Below, piece after piece: positions 54,304 through 63,757 of a stretch of DNA of 64,000 nt (its first letter is position 1; each line of letters begins with the position of its first letter). Below the pieces are notes generated by a model that made no database searches, was not told where the DNA came from, and worked only from the letters and a program-made list of their open reading frames with translations. Made by a program: the position numbers and the translations under genes. The stretch is from Macrostomum lignano (lineage: Eukaryota), in contig NIVC01002322.1 of the NCBI GenBank assembly GCA_002269645.1, positions 120,137 to 184,136 on the forward strand, written 5' to 3'.

Positions 54304-54387
54304 GCTCCTGGGGGTAGGGTCTGGACACCAAAAACGCAAAATTAAAAAATCAATAATTCAAACATTATATAAATTATATTCTATAAA

Positions 54388-57300
54388 ATGGAACAAAGAT
54401 TGACCCCAGATCAGATTCGACAACTTCTTGCAAATGAGCGCCAACAGTTCAATCGATTACAAAGACAGATTGAACAAATTGAACAGCGCCAAAGACAACA
54501 ACGCCGCCAAAGAGCAAGAGAAAGACAGAGAGAAAGGCAGAGAGAAAGAGAAATACAAGACCAACAAATAAATGCATTAGCAAATAATATAAGGGCAGAA
54601 TATGAAATGAAGCGATTAATAGAAAAGGCTGAATATGAAAAAAGAATAGCAGAATTAGAAAAAAACCAAAAGAAACCCACACGTCGGAAACCTCGGAATA
54701 AATCGGATGAAAAACCATTAGATGAGTTTATTAGGGTTTATCGATTTGAACCAATGCAGAATGTCTTAGATTTTATTGAAACCCAGCTATCAAACGGATA
54801 TGCTGTTGAAATTACTAATGCGAGGGTACAATATTTTTATAATAAAACCGGAGATGATCGTGAAGAGATTAATCAATACTTAGCAACATTTTATAATATA
54901 AGTCAATTTCAAGCTTGGTTTAAGCATTTGGTAGAAAATTACGACATGAATTTAAGTGTGTTTTCTGGAAGACTTAAAATGACACCAAACGAAATTACAC
55001 TTAAACACGAAAGGTCAAAGCAGGGTATGGGAACAAATGTCATGTGTGAAATTGCAGAGTATAAAGATGAGTACTGTTACATACCTAGTGATGGAAATTG
55101 TTTCTATAAGTGTGTTCAGTTTATTTATGGTGATAAAGCCCCACGCAAAGACGAATATGGTGCTTGGTTGTACGACTCAAGAACTCAAAGAGGTTTAATG
55201 ACAAATTCAAGAATTGGAAGATTCAACGAACATTTTAATCTTAGTATAGGGCTGTACAACACCAAAAATCGTGGCATTGAACCAAAGTCTCAAAGAGGGA
55301 TTCACCACGATTGGTTATTAATAAATTACTTTCACACACCCGATTATCACATTGGTCATTATTGTCTTATATCAAATAAACAACGAGGAATCGCCCTCGA
55401 ACGGATAAAAGACAATTATAAAGTTGTATATAAAAACCCAACGCTCGAAAATGTTAAGGAGCTAAAAATGTTCAACACACCCACAAATCCCAATAAATCA
55501 AACGTATATATATTTGATTTTGAAACATATTTAAATTATAATCAACAAGCATGTCCGTATGCGGTTGGTCTTTTAAACTATAACGCCTTTTCTAATAAGT
55601 GTAATGAAACCCCAGAGCAAATAAAGAAACTAACTAAGATCTTGATATCAGATCGCGGTTGTGATTTTCAAACAGATGGAGATAAGGTTGACCGTGCCGA
55701 AGGTTCGCAACCAAAGGTTGATTGTGTTAGAAAAATGTTTAAATACCTTGGTACAGTTAGGTCAAAAAAGATTGTTTTGATCGCGCATAACTCATCCCGC
55801 TTCGATTCATACATACCACTATTTTGTAATATAAAACCAATTAAAATTCTCAAAACCCCAAGAGGAATATTATCAATAACTTTTGTAAACGATTACGCGT
55901 CAAAAGAGGTTAGCGCATTTATAAACAAAGATAAGAAGAAGAATCATAAGGATTCGAAACAAACCATTACGATGCTTTGTTCATATCAACATGCATCAAT
56001 GAGTTTAAAAAAGTTTTGCTCATCAATGACAATTAGAGAGGATTTGCGAAAGACCTCAATGGTTCACGACATTACCGAACACGACTATTTAGAGCGCATG
56101 GACGAATGGTATGAATATTTACAATTTGATCTTATTTCTTTATGCGCCTGTATTCATAAGTATAATGAAATAGCATATGAAATTGGAGGAATGACAATGT
56201 TCGATACTCTTACCTGTTCAAGTTTAACATTAAAATGTTGGTTTAAAGATTTTGTTAGAGTTGAAGACAAAATGAAACAATATCTAAAGACAGAAGAAAA
56301 AACTAATTACATTAAAAAAGTTGAAGAAATAATATCTCCGTTGAAAATAGAGGATTATTTTGACTTAAGCAAACTTGAAAAAGCAAAATACCAAACACTA
56401 TTAAGAAAAGAATTTTCAGTTCACTCTCATACCAATCCTTATATACGAAGGTTTATGCGGGACGCAGTCAAAGGAGGCAGGGTATTTGCACTAATAAATA
56501 AATATGAAAGCGACTGTTTTCAAACAATTGTAGACGTTGTAAAAGCCCATTTAAAAACACCAACAAGCGACCCATGCGAGGTTATATCATCTTATCTCAA
56601 AAGCGATATGGAAGAAAAAAAGAAAATCGCAATTAAACTAAAAAAGCAATTGGGTACCGTATCAGATTGTTTAATGAATTTTGATGGAGTTTCGTTGTAC
56701 CCATCTGCCATGTCTGATAAGGATAGTGAATATCCAAGAGCAGAAACAGCAAGAGTTTTTGATATAAGCGAGGAAAAAGATTTCTTGGCACAATTTAATT
56801 CACAAACCTTTCGACCAAAAACAGCGGTTTTAAAGATTATGTATGAGAATCCTAACACCGTTTTTCTTCAACATCTCCCATCGAAAGATAAAGAGAAATT
56901 TTATAATCCGGAAACAAAAGCAAACGAAACAAAAACATTAAATAGGTTTAGAAACGGAAAAGTAATTGACACCTTATGTTCCGTAGATATACAAGAAATT
57001 GTAAGAATGGGTGGAAAAATATTAAAGATATATAGTGGAATTGTATATGAAAAAAATTACGATTTCTCTCCGTTTCAGAATTATATTACAAATCTTTTTG
57101 AAATGAGAAAAGTATTTAAAAAAGAAAATAACGAGGCAGGTTCTGAATTGGTAAAAACACTATTAAATTCATTATATGGCAAAACAGTTCAAAGAGACAT
57201 TACTTTCACAACACATCTCTGGAATTTGCAAACATTAAAAACCGAATACGATGACACAATCAAATCATATGAGAAAATATGTGACGATTTATATTATGTT

Positions 57301-58008
57301 GAAAAAAATAAAGACACGCAAGAATATGTAGATGAGGAAGAGGAAAGCCCTATAACAAGCCTTTGTCCAGCACAATTAGGAATATTTATCTTAGCTCATT
57401 CAAGAAGGATCATGAATAATTTTATTACCTCTATAGAGGGCTCAAAGACTCCAGAAATTTATTACGGCGATACAGATTCGTTATATATACATAAAAAACA
57501 TTGGGACACATTAAATAAAAACGGGCACGTTGGAAATAACTTAAGTCAAGGAAAAAATGATTATGGAGAGGGTGGAATTATATTCGGTTATTTTATCGCT
57601 CCTAAAATTAAATATTGTCTTTTATTGAAAGACGATTTTATTATGGAAGAGAAAAAAACATTTAAAGGATGTGCAAACGATAAGATTAATTTTGCATCGT
57701 TTAAAACTTTATATGATGGACAGTCAATAAAAGTAAATAATAATGCTCCGTGGAAACGATCATTTGAAGGTGGTATAACAATTCCTCAAAGCGGATCAAC
57801 AATATCAAAAACATATAGCTCTACGATAAACACATTTAAAAGAGAAAAACCGGATAAAAACGGAGTTATGAAACCATTCTTTAAAAACTATTTTGATGAC
57901 AAACCACAGCATGAACAATCAATTGAATATTATAACAGTTTACTATTTGACGTTGACTATAATTGTTTTGAGTTCGATATTGATGAATTAGCACTTGAAA
58001 AAAACTAA
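54388..58008 (+). CDS. polB: Protein-primed family B DNA polymerase with N-terminal TP-like region and vOTU-like protease domain, 1206 aa, intact
   Basis: ExoI FDFET, ExoII HNSSRFD, ExoIII YLQFD; PolA DGVSLYPSAM, PolB KTLLNSLYGK, PolC YGDTDS, KxY in APKIKY; OTU-like IPSDGNCF...GHY. Confidence 0.96.
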   Translation: MEQRLTPDQIRQLLANERQQFNRLQRQIEQIEQRQRQQRRQRARERQRERQREREIQDQQINALANNIRAEYEMKRLIEKAEYEKRIAELEKNQKKPTRRKPRNKSDEKPLDEFIRVYRFEPMQNVLDFIETQLSNGYAVEITNARVQYFYNKTGDDREEINQYLATFYNISQFQAWFKHLVENYDMNLSVFSGRLKMTPNEITLKHERSKQGMGTNVMCEIAEYKDEYCYIPSDGNCFYKCVQFIYGDKAPRKDEYGAWLYDSRTQRGLMTNSRIGRFNEHFNLSIGLYNTKNRGIEPKSQRGIHHDWLLINYFHTPDYHIGHYCLISNKQRGIALERIKDNYKVVYKNPTLENVKELKMFNTPTNPNKSNVYIFDFETYLNYNQQACPYAVGLLNYNAFSNKCNETPEQIKKLTKILISDRGCDFQTDGDKVDRAEGSQPKVDCVRKMFKYLGTVRSKKIVLIAHNSSRFDSYIPLFCNIKPIKILKTPRGILSITFVNDYASKEVSAFINKDKKKNHKDSKQTITMLCSYQHASMSLKKFCSSMTIREDLRKTSMVHDITEHDYLERMDEWYEYLQFDLISLCACIHKYNEIAYEIGGMTMFDTLTCSSLTLKCWFKDFVRVEDKMKQYLKTEEKTNYIKKVEEIISPLKIEDYFDLSKLEKAKYQTLLRKEFSVHSHTNPYIRRFMRDAVKGGRVFALINKYESDCFQTIVDVVKAHLKTPTSDPCEVISSYLKSDMEEKKKIAIKLKKQLGTVSDCLMNFDGVSLYPSAMSDKDSEYPRAETARVFDISEEKDFLAQFNSQTFRPKTAVLKIMYENPNTVFLQHLPSKDKEKFYNPETKANETKTLNRFRNGKVIDTLCSVDIQEIVRMGGKILKIYSGIVYEKNYDFSPFQNYITNLFEMRKVFKKENNEAGSELVKTLLNSLYGKTVQRDITFTTHLWNLQTLKTEYDDTIKSYEKICDDLYYVEKNKDTQEYVDEEEESPITSLCPAQLGIFILAHSRRIMNNFITSIEGSKTPEIYYGDTDSLYIHKKHWDTLNKNGHVGNNLSQGKNDYGEGGIIFGYFIAPKIKYCLLLKDDFIMEEKKTFKGCANDKINFASFKTLYDGQSIKVNNNAPWKRSFEGGITIPQSGSTISKTYSSTINTFKREKPDKNGVMKPFFKNYFDDKPQHEQSIEYYNSLLFDVDYNCFEFDIDELALEKN

Positions 58009-58052
58009 AGCATGTAATTGTTTGAGCAAATCATTAACTTCAATTTCATATA

Positions 58053-58340
58053 TTATTGAGCACCAATTATCCTCACAGTCGCAGGGTAACTTAAACAATC
58101 CTTTATTTTTTTCCTAAGTTTTTTTATTTTTCTAACCAATCTATCTATTTCAATTTCAATTACTATTTCAGCATAAACAATATCTTGTCTTAAAAAACGT
58201 TTTCTTTTATCTATCTCATATCGGATGGGAAACATATCGTCCCCATACTCATGATATTTCTGAGATATAATTATATTTATTTTTTTATTAATATCATTAA
58301 GTTCACGCTCTTTAGTGATAAGGATTTTTATCGTATCCAT
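58053..58340 (-). CDS. Viral hypothetical protein, 95 aa, basic/coiled
   Basis: ATG in tataagaaaATG context; packed between PolB and the next ORF. Confidence 0.6.
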   Translation of the reverse strand: MDTIKILITKERELNDINKKINIIISQKYHEYGDDMFPIRYEIDKRKRFLRQDIVYAEIVIEIEIDRLVRKIKKLRKKIKDCLSYPATVRIIGAQ

Positions 58341-58361
58341 TTTCTTATAAAAAATTTAAAC

Positions 58362-58691
58362 TTATTCGGGGTCATCCTCCCAAACAGCCGCCAATTTTAC
58401 AGTCCTATCACTCTTTTTATTATTTGTTTGTTTTAGTTTAAATTGCAATCCACCCTCGATGCAGTATTTCATAACAAACGCTTTAGGTTTATTAATAACT
58501 AAAACTGGAAAATTTTTAACATCATCTCCGCTTAGACATAAAATTTTTTGCCCATCTAATTGTAAAAATATTGATTGAAGTCCAATAAATTTAACCTGTC
58601 TCAAACATATAATATTATATTCTTTATTCTCCAACATATTGGGTGTGAGATAATTAATCACATTAGAATCGGTTTTGAACCAGCTCTCCAT
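58362..58691 (-). CDS. Viral hypothetical protein, 109 aa, beta-rich with acidic C-terminal tip
   Basis: taaaaATG start; compact gene spacing; ends WEDDPE. Confidence 0.65.
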   Translation of the reverse strand: MESWFKTDSNVINYLTPNMLENKEYNIICLRQVKFIGLQSIFLQLDGQKILCLSGDDVKNFPVLVINKPKAFVMKYCIEGGLQFKLKQTNNKKSDRTVKLAAVWEDDPE

Positions 58692-58717
58692 TTTTAATCT
58701 AAAAAAATAACAAAAAA

Positions 58718-58906
58718 ATGAAAGACATTTATGTTTGTAATAAATGTAATGTGACTATGCACAGAGGGCAAACAGCAAACGGAGATATATATCATATGTG
58801 TTATTCATGTTCTAAAATATATCAATTTGAAAAAACAAAAAGATTGAAAACTCATATTACTATTTTAAAAACAAATTTTAAGAAATCTTACAAGAGACAT
58901 TTCTGA
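58718..58906 (+). CDS. Small Zn-ribbon protein (CNKC...CYSC), 62 aa
   Basis: Two CxxC pairs; aaaaaaATG start; divergent from 58691 with a 26-bp gap. Confidence 0.6.
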   Translation: MKDIYVCNKCNVTMHRGQTANGDIYHMCYSCSKIYQFEKTKRLKTHITILKTNFKKSYKRHF

Positions 58907-59020
58907 TCCAATTTTAATTCCCGGAAATAATGTTTATTTATATAATAACTTTTTCCATTTAAATAAAGGAAAGGGATTAAGTTCGAAAGACTCCGAAAGG
59001 ATTTTAATTTTAGTTGGATA

Positions 59021-59206
59021 TTATTTCAATTTTCTTATTCGAGAGAATACAAAGTTTATAAGGATAGGTAACATACCTAACGAAATGTTATTGAAAAAGT
59101 CATTGGAATTTTTATGTATTGATAAAAAATTTAAACCTAGGATCAGAAGAGAGTTACCACTTTGGGAAGAATATATAACATATGCATTAAATAAATTAAA
59201 CAACAT
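59021..59206 (-). CDS. Possible small hydrophobic viral protein, 61 aa
   Basis: Its ATG overlaps the end of the upstream gene; two hydrophobic stretches. Confidence 0.35.
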   Translation of the reverse strand: MLFNLFNAYVIYSSQSGNSLLILGLNFLSIHKNSNDFFNNISLGMLPILINFVFSRIRKLK

Positions 59207-59851
59207 TAAGTTCTACAGCACTTCCTGACCGTGGGCTTTGTGCCCCAGTAGCAATAGTTTCGGGTTCGTAAATGCCTAATGTTTCTATCGGTGGAGCTTT
59301 GGGTTTATCGAGTCTCAACTCTTTTAATTCCATATCGGTAAAAGTTTCAACATCTAAAATTCTATTTCTATCTTTTAAATATTTTTCATATAACTCAACC
59401 GCGGTTGATAACTCGTGAATCGTTATCTCTCCGTCATCCAATATTTTTTGCACATATAAATATAATGATTTTTATATTGTTTTGCAACATCTCTTAATGA
59501 TTTATATTTTTCCTTTCTTTTTTTAAGATATAATTTAATTGCTAAAAGTATTGATAAGTTCCTGATCAATTCAAAACCTGATATTGAGCCAATTGAAATA
59601 CCTAAAAATAATTGAGATAAATTAAGAGTTGGAATAGATTGTAAAATACCTAAAACGATTACACATAACATTGATAAGCTTCCAAATCCAATATTGAAAA
59701 AGTCCATATTTCTTATATGGTTTGAAACTCTTCTTACTTTTTTAGCATATAAATCATAATCATAATTTATTCGATCAACATTACTCAACATCTGACCTTT
59801 ACGTTGGTTGAACCGGTCGCGTTCCCATTTATCTGCTTCAGATACCGACAT
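59196..59851 (-). pseudogene. Two-TM viral membrane protein with DGEIT motif, split by a 1-nt deletion in an A-run (~59445)
   Basis: ORF 59423-59851 (coiled coil + 2 TM) joins ORF 59196-59453 (ILDDGEITIHEL) if A6 is read as A7. Confidence 0.7.
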
Positions 59852-59913
59852 TCTCGTCTATTTTTAATAGCACCAAAATGAATTCCCCGCGCTCTTTGGG
59901 GATTTGCCCGAGC

Positions 59914-60162
59914 TCAATAGGTATTGTATTGGAGTGATTCTTTCTTTTTTCTCCCATTTAAATCCATTTTCCAAAACTCTTGAAGTATAATATGATTTTT
60001 TAATAACTTAATTAATTCTTGAAGCTTCTTATTATCCTGAACATTTACAGTACTAAATAAAAATTTGGTATGAGATTTGAATGTTTTTATATTTGATTCT
60101 TGTTTAGGAATAGGAATATAGACATTATTTTGCCGCATCGATGGAGTTCTACTAAAAGCCAT
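59914..60162 (-). CDS. Viral hypothetical protein (MAFSRTPSMRQ...)
   Basis: ctatataaaATG start at 60162; the 3' end may be frameshifted. Confidence 0.45.
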   Translation of the reverse strand: MAFSRTPSMRQNNVYIPIPKQESNIKTFKSHTKFLFSTVNVQDNKKLQELIKLLKNHIILQEFWKMDLNGRKKKESLQYNTY

Positions 60163-60193
60163 TTTATATAGAATTATTTTATATATAAATATT

Positions 60194-62210
60194 TTATATT
60201 TGAGTAGGAGGTTTTTCCAAATAAGCAGTAGAGGGAAAAACATAACCAAACGACGTACTACCACATACAACTGCACCACGAATAAAATGTGCAGCATCCG
60301 ATCCTCCAGTTCGAGCACCAAAACCCATAAGGGTTCCAGATTTATCTAAAGTTCCCCAAGTTCCACTATCATATGTGAAAACGTTCTGCCCAATGAGGGT
60401 ATAAGAATCACCAGCAACATTGTATGTATGAATTATACCAAACCCTTTGATTTAAAATATTAATTCAAATAAATGCCAATCCGTTATCAATATTTGCATA
60501 GGCTAGTTTGATCCGCGTCAGTATTAACATCGCGCGGCTTGATCCGTCTGATTTTTTTACTCCAATACCAAATATCATGCCACTCACTTGCAAAAACTAT
60601 CAATCCGCGTCGGTTGATAATCCAGATCCAAATTCCGATGTTGGACGTTGGTGACAGTATGCATAAAACCAAACCGCATCTGCACCATCTCCTGTAGCAT
60701 TAGCAACTCGGAAAAAGAAAGACGCAGATATATTTTGAAAATGTGTGAAATTGAATTGTAAAGCACCACTTACTCCAGAAGTTTCACGAGTAATTCTAGC
60801 GCCGTTTTGATAATCGATATAAGAAGCGTCACCAATTAAAGAACCGACTGGATATATATCTCCGGCGGTTGTTGGATTTTGATATCCAGACCAATTACAA
60901 ATTACTGGTTCGAACAAGGCCGCATCAATAGCAGGTATTCCATCCAATTTATTTTTATCGCTTCCAGACATTCTACCATTTGATGTTGGAGTAGCTAGCT
61001 GATCTACGTACGCTCGCGAACTGCAGAAAGTATTTGAGTTGGCCAATTAAGATCTTGAATTTCAACACGGTGTTCAAATAATTGTATTTGACGAACCTCG
61101 ATAGGTTGTGTACCGGTACCACCAGTTGGGAAGAATACGCTATAATATTTCCAAAAATTAGTCGTTAAATTAGATAGAGCAAATGATGTTGCTTGAACTG
61201 GTGATCCGACGTAGTTAATGTCGTCCATGAATCGGTAGCAACATTTTTGCGCGAACCGACCACCCCGAGGGTATCTCAATTGTTTCACTGCCTGTAATTC
61301 TTAATTCAAATATTCTTCTATTATAACCTAAAAATTCAAATTGAATTTCCATATTGGTTGTGGTTCCGGTATTTGGTGACCATTGTGTCGCAAGGCTTCC
61401 ATCTCCAACTCGAAAAGCTGTGTTGCCATTTTCAGATGCTGTAAGAACAACATCAGGATTTGAAGTATTTGATGTAAGCGGCGTGGTAAAAATATCGGCG
61501 TCGGTTGCATTAGCTCGCTCGTTTACTTGGCCTAGAGTTATCGAGTCTGCGTTCTCTGTTCCAAATAATAAATTTGTTAATTTAAAATTATTCATATTAA
61601 TATTTCCACTACGAGTGGCAACTTGATTATCGACATAGTTCTTATCAACACTGAATCACTAGTTGTAATTGAAACATTTATAATTCGGTTGTTGCTCATA
61701 TCTAGGTTTCCGGTTGCGGTGGTTTGAACATAACGTGAATCAGAATCAGTTCGAGAATAAGAATCAGTTACATCTCTTTTTAAATTTAATCCATTATCAA
61801 CTTCGGTTTTGGTATAAGAATCGGCTACGTTCCGTTTCAAATTTAATGAATTATCAACTTCGGTTTTGGTATAAGAATCGGCTGTATTGCGTTTTAAATT
61901 TAATGAATTATCAACTTCGGTTTTGTATAAGAATCGGTATTGCGTTTTAAATTTAATGAATTATCAACTTCGGTTTTGGTATAGGAATCGGCTACGTTCC
62001 GTTTCAGATTTAGTGAATCATCTATTTGAGTTTTGGTATAGGAATCTGCAACATTTCTTTTTAAATTTATTTTTAGTATCAACTTCACTTTTTTTATAAC
62101 CTTCATCTTCATTAATATATCGATTATCTCCAAATGTAACACTTATTCCACCAGATGTACCACCACCACTACTTGTGTTCCGTTCCATGAGGGTGTTCAG
62201 AAAATAACAT
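60194..62210 (-). pseudogene. Fibre-like protein: 19-aa shaft repeats, NxxI-NL..D...YVD stalk motifs, F5/8C-like domain, phage-tail-fibre motif, L-type lectin head; multiple frameshifts
   Basis: About 6 copies of KRNVADSYTKTEVDNSLNL (57-nt DNA repeat); GNLDMSNNRIINV..KNYVD..GNINMNNFKLTNL; AFRVGDGSLATQWS..YYSV..VRQIQLF; ATPTSNGRMSGSDKNKLDGI; SFFFRV..GDGADAVWF...WH..ELIF...GFGARTGG..H.I; stop at 60194-60196. Confidence 0.75.
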
Positions 62211-62221
62211 TTTTTACTGTC

Positions 62222-62714
62222 TATTTTATAGAGTCTAAAATCGTGGCCATCGGCAATGCTTTGCATGATATTCTTAAATACTTCGGGGTTTTTCGAGTTA
62301 TTAATTTTATATAAAAAATACAACGCCGCTTGCCCGCAATAACTTTTATCAAATGTTTGAAACTGTTCGTGATGATCTCCACATAAACGATTTTAGTATG
62401 ATTAAATTTGTCTTTTATTTCCTGTAACGGAGAAGCGCGTATGAATCAAAAAAATAAACAAGTTTTGGTTTTGAATAAACTGCTGACAATGAACACCGTT
62501 TTCTTTTGTTGTTTCAATATTAACAATGAAAGATCCATATTGTGGTAAGTCTTTGATCTCATCTCGCATAACACATCTGAATGGTTTTATTTTAACTGCC
62601 TCGCCAATTTGTTAATTCGATATTGCTTGTTGTGTCGCTTCCATATCTTTGTTTAAAATCATCCACGTCATGTCATTTTTGTTTCCTGAAAAACTCATCC
62701 CACGTCATGGTCAT
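62222..62714 (-). pseudogene. Adenain/Ulp1-like maturation cysteine protease (PRO), frameshifted
   Basis: Reading across 1-nt shifts gives TSNIEL..IKPF.CVMRDE..LP, FIVNIETTKENGVH[W] (His 62489-62491), YFFDSY (Asp 62445-62447) and QFQTFDKSYCG (Cys 62336-62338). Both ends are approximate. Confidence 0.8.
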
Positions 62715-62715
62715 T

Positions 62716-62898
62716 TTATGTTGCTGAAAAACTCTTGGTTTTAGTTAGTTTCGTAGGTGTGGGTTTTAACAATTCCTTTCTTATTTTATCAGCTTGTAAC
62801 TGCTTTAATTTTGCTAGTTCTAGTTCGTAATTATCTTCAGCTTTTTTAACTTTTTCTGATTGTTTTTTTATTAAATTATTATTATTATTATTACCCAT
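62716..62898 (-). CDS. Small basic coiled-coil viral protein, 60 aa (MGNNN...)
   Basis: ctatagtaaaaATG start; fills the gap between penton and protease. Confidence 0.5.
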   Translation of the reverse strand: MGNNNNNNLIKKQSEKVKKAEDNYELELAKLKQLQADKIRKELLKPTPTKLTKTKSFSAT

Positions 62899-62911
62899 TT
62901 TTACTATAGGA

Positions 62912-63688
62912 TTAAACCTGTTTTATACGTAAAATTATTGTTATTGACTGCCCACCAAAACTTATTAATCTATCGCTTTCATCTACAATCCTAATATAAA
63001 TTGATTGAACGCTATATTGATTTAAAGGATAATATATTGGGGTTTGGGGTGCAACAATCATTTTCTCTCCAATTGGAACAGCAAGAAATGGGATTGAATA
63101 AATAATTCCACGTTGAACCAAAACTCCGTTATCGTCTGTTATATAACCACCGTTTGAAATGTCGGTTGTTATATTAATTGTATTTACTCCACCCTCTATA
63201 TTTCCAACTGTATCACCGGTGCTTGATGTGGTAACTATTCGGGAATTAAATCCAAGTATGGTTCTGAGTGAATTTGCAATTGTGAAATCAACCTGATATC
63301 CGGATCCTAGTGATAGTGTGAATCTGCCAGACGGTAAATCAACACTATAACAATTGCTCCTGCTACCACCATTAGTTGTTAATTCTCCTTCTATATAAGC
63401 ATTCAAATCAGTATAGCTATACGCTCCTGGGTTAACGCTAAATGTTGTCCAATTGGCTCCGGAATCTTTAGAATATCTAAATTGATTATTTGTTGCATTA
63501 ATTAATTGAGGCATGTTGAAAACCGAAAATAGTAAACCTATTTGATAACTTAGGCTTTGATCAAGTTGTAATGGATCGCGCAATTGAATCCGTTGCTCGC
63601 TGGTTGTCATTATAAACTGTAATGTTGTACTAAATTTTGAATTAGTTCGATCTACCAATTGTTTTATAGTATTTAAATTTGTAGTCAT
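62912..63688 (-). CDS. Minor capsid protein (penton, single jelly-roll), 258 aa
   Basis: Polinton mCP pattern: NNQFRY..PGAY...LN..I, SLRTILGF, P.GEKMIVAPQTPIYYPL..SIYIRIVDESDRLISFGGQSITIILRIK. Confidence 0.88.
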   Translation of the reverse strand: MTTNLNTIKQLVDRTNSKFSTTLQFIMTTSEQRIQLRDPLQLDQSLSYQIGLLFSVFNMPQLINATNNQFRYSKDSGANWTTFSVNPGAYSYTDLNAYIEGELTTNGGSRSNCYSVDLPSGRFTLSLGSGYQVDFTIANSLRTILGFNSRIVTTSSTGDTVGNIEGGVNTINITTDISNGGYITDDNGVLVQRGIIYSIPFLAVPIGEKMIVAPQTPIYYPLNQYSVQSIYIRIVDESDRLISFGGQSITIILRIKQV

Positions 63689-63757
63689 TTTTTATAGTGG
63701 GAATTAATCGTACCGAAGTCGCGTGCTATGTCTCTTCTTCCTCATTATCTTCTTTTA

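Noticed and set aside
53569-56858. Minus-strand ORFs antisense to the viral plus-strand genes (e.g. 53569-53877, 54411-54718, 55668-55853, 56592-56858)
   Set aside because: They are shadow ORFs of real genes, with no motifs or start context.
59435-59455. Possible programmed -1 frameshift in the viral 2-TM gene (C AAA AAA T)
   Set aside because: The heptamer is not canonical in phase, and the site matches the general 1-nt homopolymer-loss pattern in this region.
62716-62898. N-myristoylation of the MGNNN protein
   Set aside because: Only Gly2 fits; the usual Ser/Thr at position 6 is absent, so it is not supported.
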